NCBI GenBank assembly: GCA_964016885.1
Contig: OZ024741.1
Coordinates: 160,456,001 to 160,520,000, forward strand
Length of the DNA: 64,000 bases
Direction of reading: 5' to 3'
Origin: Eledone cirrhosa
Lineage: Eukaryota
A program made the translations under genes and the position numbers. Of this stretch, positions 56,011 to 64,000 are shown piece after piece (the stretch's first letter is position 1; every line of letters begins with the position of its first letter). The notes under the pieces were generated by a model. That model was not told the DNA's origin. It did not search any database and saw only the letters and a program-made list of their open reading frames with translations.

Positions 56011-57157
56011 CATTTACAATAATATTAATAATAATAAACACAAAGCCAGCAATTTGGACCAGAGGGTCACTAGATAATAGATAATATAGTCATATAACTA
56101 CTCTTAAACCGATGTGAATGTCACGGCGGAATGTCTAAAATTTCAGATATGCTCAACCAAAGATGACCAGGTTTTAAGAAGTAACAACAAAAACAGCAAC
56201 CAAATCACCCTCAAATTACACGTTGCCGTCAGTTGCAGAAGGAGCCTCTACATGGTCACGATACTTGTTAGAAATATCAGCCAAATCACCCTTAAATAAC
56301 ACCTCGCTTTTTTTTAACGGTGAGGGTGGGTCCATTGGACACAGTAGTATTATATAAGCAATGTCCGAGAGAAAGATTAGATGGCCATGGTTGGAAAGCC
56401 TTTGATCATAGATCTGTTCAAGCGTCTTTAATCACAAGTCTATTCGGCTGACTTATGGCTAAACAACAACAATTACTTAGCCGTTTTTCTTTAATTCTTT
56501 TCTTTGAAATTCTAACCTTTATTTATCTTGTATCTAGAGTTTCTAGTTCCAGAATTTTCCCATAAATCTGGGCCCCTGTGTGCTTCAGGTGAAAGTAATG
56601 CCACCAATATTGCTACATAATTATCATCCATCATACAAGCAGAACCTAACTAACGCCAGGTTTTCTGAAAATATGAGAGCCTGTAGATACACAAGGGTAT
56701 TCAAATTTTGCTGTTTGTGAGAGAATGAAAGATAGCGAGAAGAGTGTTGAATTGGCTTAAGAATCTATTAGATTTTACAACAGACCAGGTGCATTCATTT
56801 CAGACATTTAACAGCAAATCTTGCTGTCGGACAGAGAAGTCTGTATCTGTTGAGGTGCGAGGAATTTTAGGATTGGAATATTCTTATTCGTTTAGAGTTC
56901 TCTTAACGGACGTGGCAGATATTACACTTCTCACAAGAATATATATATATATACATATACACATATATATTCACCTATATACATATACACGTCACACACC
57001 TAAATGTATACATGCATACATACATACATATATACATGCAATACATACATACTTACATACATGAATGCATACAAACATACATGCATACATACATGCATAC
57101 ATACATATATACATGCATACATACATACATACATGCATACATACATACAAACATACA

Positions 57158-57985
57158 TGATGGCTGCCCCCTCGTTATCGAGTATGGCCATTGCATGATA
57201 TACCATTATTAGTAATTATTAATTAATTCTATCGTGCAATGTCTGTGTGCGAAGATTTTTTTAAAGTGAGGAAAGACTGTGCACTGAGCCAATCCCACTC
57301 TCTGAGCGACAGTAGCTATAACCCGAAAAGAAGAAAAGATCAACATCATCGGTAACTACTGAGCCGCAAGTTTTATGTCGAAGTTATCCCGGTTTCCTGA
57401 GTTACCTTCTCCTAGAAGAATGCCCTGACAAAGGCTAGGGGTCCTTCACTCCCAGTGGTTTGACCGCGCGATCGGGTATCCAGCCCCACTATTTCTATGT
57501 CCCCGCGCATATATATACACATACATATGTACATGTGTATATATATATATTTAAACATTTTTGGATGGCCGTTGACTCTTATGAGTACTTCCGCCCTTTG
57601 TCAAACATACATACATACATACATGCTTATACATATATACATACATACATGCATACATACATACATACATACATACATACATACATACATACATACATAC
57701 ATACATACATACATACATACATACATACATACATACCCATCATTATTGGTGCTACGGGTTATATACCAACCCGCTTGGACCAAAGTATGACCGAACTTGG
57801 ATTTGCGGACAAAAAGCGCAGCTACCTAATTCATAGTCTACAAATGGCTGCGATAGCTGGCACCTTCAAAATATGCAAAACATTCTTGCGATTCAAGGGA
57901 TGACAATTTCTTTTCTTTTACAACCTTGCCACCAGGAAGGTGGCCGGTCAAAAAAATATACTCGAAATTAAGAGAAAGAGAAAAC
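57158..57985. repeat. Paralogue of the 51007-52668 composite (stem-loop repeat + (ACAT)n + R4-like 3' end)
   Basis: Same order and orientation of parts as at 51-52.7 kb, with high identity. Confidence 0.75.
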
Positions 57986-58095
57986 ATACATACATGCAAT
58001 ACTATGAGTATTGATGATGGCTGTTCCAAATGTTCGATGAACGAAATAGTCTGTTTATGAAATTAACATATAAAAGGATGAGTATTCTACACATA

Positions 58096-58202
58096 TAGGG
58101 TGTCCCCCAAAAATGTATACACACTTCAACAGCATTCTAATAAATATTGCTAGTACAGATAATCAAAGTATATGTATATATACATTTTTGGAGGACACCC
58201 TG
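58096..58202. mobile_element. Tc1/mariner-type MITE
   Basis: TIRs (T/C)AGGGTGTCCyCCAAAAATGTATA with TA on both flanks. Confidence 0.8.
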
Positions 58203-58212
58203 TATAATTCGA

Positions 58213-58425
58213 ATTGGCATAGTCTTTAAGTGTGTCGGGTAATATGTTGTTACGTTAGTTGTTTCGGTTCACTACGCTCTCAGTTCAAATCCTGCTGGGG
58301 TTAACTTTACCTTTCATCCTTACGGGGTTGATAAAATAAAGTACCAGTAATGTACTGTTGTCGATTTAATCGACTTTTTCCTTCCCTACAAATTGCTAGC
58401 CTTTGTGCCAAATTTAGAAACAATT
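58213..58425 (+). mobile_element. SINE copy
   Basis: Same B-box and core as 52950-53130. Confidence 0.75.
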
Positions 58426-58556
58426 ATATAACATTTATTAAATACGTTACAGTTAATACATTGTTCCTATGACCCTCTGCAATTGGGTGCTACTCTTTCT
58501 TTCAACATCATCAATGTATGTATCTATGTGTGTATATGTGTGTGTTTGTGTATACA

Positions 58557-58682
58557 CACATATAAAAAACCTACAATATACTAAAATATATATATAACGT
58601 CATACATTACTACAAGATACATCCTTTAATGTATGACGTTATATGTATATTTTAGTATATTGTAGGTTTTTCTATATATGTG
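58557..58682. repeat. Inverted repeat (about 53-bp arms, 17-bp spacer)
   Basis: AAACCTACAATATACTAAAATATA..ACGTCATACATTA / TAATGTATGACGT..TATATTTTAGTATATTGTAGGTTT. Confidence 0.75.
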
Positions 58683-58760
58683 TATGTATGTGTATGTGTG
58701 TGTGTGTGTGTGTATATATTTATATGACTTTGTGTGTATATCATATTTGTGTATAGACAG

Positions 58761-58793
<33 letters not shown>

Positions 58794-59232
58794 TCTTTGT
58801 AGACGTGCGGGGGCCTGTATGTAATAGGCGCATATTTGTAAGAGTGTATATGAGCCAGTGTGTGTGTGTGTGTGTGTGTGTACGTGCATCCACTGTAGGG
58901 TAAGGGCTTGTTTGTGTGTGTACATATATATATGTATATATACATATATATGTGTGTTTGCGAGCGAGCCTGTTTTTGTGTCTGTATATATGGACACGTG
59001 TGTGCATGTGCGTGTGCGTGTCTATGTATATGTCTGTACGTGTTTGTGTATACGAGTAGATATACGCGTATGCATGTGTATGCGCCTGTGTGTGTGTGTG
59101 TGTGTGTGTGAGTTGATGTACGTGGGCATGTAGGCAGGCGTCTTTGGACGCGTATGTCTATAGTTTTATGGGTTATCTTTGGGTGCGTATGTATAGCGGG
59201 AGTATATGCGTACGGATGTTGTTATTTATAAG

Positions 59233-59423
59233 AGGGCGGTGGATTGGCAGTATCGGTAGAGAGTCGGACGCCATGCTTTCCAGCATAGTTACGTCCCTTT
59301 ACGATCTGAGTTCAAATCCTGCCGAGGTTGACTTTGCCTTTCATCCTTACGGGGTCGATAAAATAAAGTACCAGTAATGCACTGAGTAATTGCTGGTCGT
59401 GTGCCTAAAGTAGAAACAGTTAT
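59233..59423 (+). mobile_element. SINE copy, near full length
   Basis: GGCGGTGGATTGGCAGTATCGG..GAGTTCAAATCC..core..GTAGAAAC. Confidence 0.85.
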
Positions 59424-59688
59424 TTATAAGATTGTGTGCGTGTGTGTGAGTGTGTGTATATATATATATGTGTGTGTGAGTGCGTGCGTGGACGTGTGAA
59501 CTACCAAACCCAGCAGGGATTCATTGAAGTGTGGCAGGAGAAAGGACAGCTGAAGGTCAGTTTGACAGTATCTGTTGGTCAAAATTTATGATGACGTAGA
59601 AAAACAACAGCCAAATGTAGGACGAGCGAAGAGGATGTTTTTTTACGCTAACACCCCAGTGAGAAAATTTGATCCGAAGTTATTAGAA

Positions 59689-59776
59689 GTGTCCGACGAA
59701 CCTGCAGATCCAGAATCAGACAGATCCACACAATGACCGTGTCTCGAGCTGTCTGCCGGCGAAACAATTGTAACAC
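59689..59776 (+). ncRNA. Hammerhead-like motif with CCGACGA core and long stem II
   Basis: GTGT-CCGACGA-ACCTGCAGA...TCTGCCGGC-GAAA-CAATTG-TA-ACAC. Confidence 0.5.
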
Positions 59777-59812
59777 ACAATAAATTGAGTTGAGATGCAT
59801 CACTGATTTTTC

Positions 59813-59874
<62 letters not shown>

Positions 59875-60327
59875 CAATATATTTAGAAACACACAGATAC
59901 ATGCGGACACACACATATATACATGAATGCATCCGTACCCAACTGTGAGTTAAGGGTGCCAACTTCACCGATGTTGCTCAATGAATGACTGGGACAGACC
60001 AATTCAGTTGAACATGTATATATGTGTGTGTCCGCATGTATCTGTGTGTTTCTAAATATATTGTTAATAACTCCCTCTGGTCGAGCAATCTTTGAAGTGT
60101 GGGGACAGCTGGAAAGCTTCCATTACTCATACTTCTCGCCTTCTTCACCACCTCTTCTACGGCCTCGATATAAATACCCCCTCCGCCTCCGTGGTATTTT
60201 CTTCGGGGTTATAAGAGGCTTAGCTCTGTTTCTCGACCGTTATATCGCGTGACTATCTCCCCCTCCGCCTTTTGGGATTCTTTCTCACGTCGTGTAGACG
60301 CGTTCTTGAGACTAGTAAAATGAGGTA

Positions 60328-60417
60328 TCCTCTTGATAAGTCGGCAGACCTCGCAAGGACTCTATATCTTTATGATATATTGTTTTTGTTTATGCCACGA
60401 AACTACGTAGTCGAGGA
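60328..60417 (+). ncRNA. Hammerhead with U3-A8 core and long stem II
   Basis: TCCTC-TTGATAA-GTCGGCA...TGCCAC-GAAA-CTACGTAG-TC-GAGGA. GUC triplet, palindromic stem III. An inverted repeat 59870-59925 / 60014-60067 lies upstream. Confidence 0.7.
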
Positions 60418-60519
60418 ATTTAGGAGCAGTTTAGGTATGATACATTTTATTACTAATTATATCTAAATGTTTCTTCTCTCTTCATAATGTATATATATAT
60501 ATTATATATATATTATATA

Positions 60520-60591
<72 letters not shown>

Positions 60592-60647
60592 TATAATATA
60601 TATATATATATTATATATATATATATAATATATATATAATATATATA

Positions 60648-60706
<59 letters not shown>

Positions 60707-60710
<4 letters not shown>

Positions 60711-60920
60711 AGAAAAACCACAGACCCTCCATCTCAACTCACCTTTTGAAAAGCAGAAGAACTGCGAAACCGGTAAAGGAACCAAATAAATATATATATA
60801 TTTTTTTTTAAATAAGACTTCAGTTGCATTTTCGATTTCATCTCTTTTTCTTTATACTTTCACTCGTGTAGGACACCTCGGTTATTTTTCATTTTGTAAA
60901 AAAAACCTCACTTTCTAATA
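60707..60920 (+). mobile_element. Unfolded copy of the 26-kb element with U3-A8 hammerhead (60742-60779)
   Basis: Near-identical to the reverse complement of 25948-26159. Confidence 0.8.
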
Positions 60921-60922
60921 TA

Positions 60923-60960
<38 letters not shown>

Positions 60961-61101
60961 AACCAGTTCCCACTCTACTACCCTAAGTATTGAGTACTTT
61001 GGTGCGTTATGGTCCACCTGGTTCCTTACCACATTTCCTTCGTTATATATATATATATATAAACACATACACACACACACACATATATATATATATGTAT
61101 G

Positions 61102-61135
<34 letters not shown>

Positions 61136-62329
61136 TATAATGGAAAATTTGAACAGGAACAAAACAGAGAGGCAGTACAACGAATGTTTATTAATTTCAC
61201 GCTCTGGAGAGTGGGGTATACATACATACATATATGAGAACCTGTACATATATATGTGGGGGGGGGGGGTATATATCGAATTCAATCACTTCTGCTCCAG
61301 TCTTTTGTAGAATCTGTTACACAATCGGTGCTGAGGAAACATGTGTAAAAAAAATGTGTATTATCTCTGTAGTATTTTCCTGGCGTCGAATTGGGAACCT
61401 CATACCGTATGTACTGTTTATAATGGTCACTATAAATTGCCAGAGCTACATTGATACATCAACCAGTAGAGAATGTAAATAAATTCATTGTTAAATGTTA
61501 TACAACATTTTTGTTTATTATCGACTGAAATTGTTATACTCTACAAGAGTTTTGTGCTTCAGAATGGAATAGTGTCTGAGTTTTACGTGTCGATAAGGAG
61601 GGATATGTAGCGGGCTCGTCGTCAAGTTGTTGCACTGGATAGCTCTGCCATGGTGTATTTTTCGATATAGAAAATAGAATCTATGAAAATATCCTGAAAT
61701 ACGTTCCTTGACGTTTAACTTTACTAACTTTTCTTCTAAAAACAAGAACAAAGAACGAAAATGATTTTTAAAAATAAACAAAAAAAAATTAACCAAAGAA
61801 ACCGGTCAAAATTACCCTAGAGAATTAGAGTTCCCCTCTCCTACAATATTCTGAAGCAATCCCGAACACCAAAGCCAGAGCTGATTGAAGTCCACAAATG
61901 TTAGCAATGAAGGAGAATTGTCCGAGAGAGTATAGTTTTAGTTCTTGTCACATCTGAATGTGTAGAGGGCGTTGGTGTGTGCAAGGAAAGCCGATAGAGC
62001 TCTGTGGATCCAATGGCTACAACATAGTGAACTCCACCAAACGAACATATGGGCCGAGAGATATTGTTAAACTGGATATTGTGATTTGTTTACTATCCAT
62101 ATGCGTCTACCACCCAGATGTGTCTTCCATTCACATATGTCAACCATCCTGATCTGTCTAGTATCCTCATGTGTCTGTCATCCACATGTTTCCGCTATCT
62201 TGATATGTCTATCTTCTACGAGAGGTTCCCTTTCACATATGTTTAGCATCCAGAAACAAACAAAAACGTCGAGAGACATTCACCCCATATACGATAGGAA
62301 TGTAATTTCATAAATACCAGCCTTGGTTG

Positions 62330-62760
62330 TCATGATTATGATGATGATGGTGCTGTGGTGGAGGAGGTGGCGGTGGTGGTGGTGTTGTTGTTGTTGGCGG
62401 CGGTGGTGGTGGTGGTGTTGTTGTTGGCAGTGGTGGTGGTGGTGGTGGCGGTGGGGGTTGTGGTGGTGGTGGTGGTGGCGGTGGTGGGGAGTGTGATGAT
62501 GATGACAATCATGACAATGACGATCGTGATGATGATGACAATGGTGATGACGATGAGGAGAGGGGGGGGAGGGGATATTGATGATGGTGGTGGTGACGAC
62601 AATGACGACGATGATGATGATGATGATGAAAAGGAAGAGGAGGAGGAGGAGGGGAGGAGGAAGACTTTGCCGATGATGTTGATGTTGATGATGATATTGA
62701 TGGTGGAGAAGGAGGGGGTTTAATGATGATGATGATGATGACAATGATGACTATAATGAA
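62330..62760. repeat. Trinucleotide mosaic (GGT/GTT/GAT/GAG)n
   Basis: Directly visible. Confidence 0.9.
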
Positions 62761-62872
62761 ACAGATGTAATATTTATCGGCGGGCACCATAATTGTAGAA
62801 CTAGTTTCCAATATTTCCAGACAATTTGACGAGTGTTCACAACTAAATATAAAAACAGCACACCATTACAGA

Positions 62873-64000
<1,128 letters not shown>

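Noticed and set aside
56473-56720. Possible host exon on minus
   Set aside because: Short frame, no recognisable protein similarity, no convincing splice pair.
59568-59736. 55-codon plus-strand frame as a terminal exon
   Set aside because: Weak acceptor, no homology recognised, and it overlaps a hammerhead-like repeat end.
61300-62100. Unique-looking sequence with short ORFs
   Set aside because: No motif or splice evidence; left unclassified.
62280-62811. His/Pro/Thr-rich ORFs
   Set aside because: Trinucleotide low-complexity DNA open in several frames.

Overview
Animal genomic DNA; tRNA-derived Nin-like SINEs and extreme (TA)n content suggest an octopod cephalopod (inference). No host exon could be supported. 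The window is a mosaic of microsatellites and transposons with a 200-N gap at 6516-6715. It holds the 3' end of a Buster/Charlie-type hAT element and an apparently intact CR1-group LINE (APE-RT ORF2; ORF1 with Myb/trihelix-like and CCCH motifs). It also holds a young Penelope-like element (PLE, RT + GIY-YIG) with a 1540-bp inverted duplication, R4/Dong-like fragments in (ACAT)n, two Tx1-clade elements in tandem in (GATA)n, an RTE fragment, a Helitron-like repeat, a MITE and SINEs. The main hidden signal lies in the short unique-looking islands between the (TA)n tracts. Many are fold-back units (inverted arm + spacer + arm + tail), and I folded about 18 type-I hammerhead ribozyme motifs by eye in these islands. 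These show stem covariation, palindromic stem III, some very long stem II insertions, and recurrent U3-A8 and C4 core variants. All folds and coordinates are manual.
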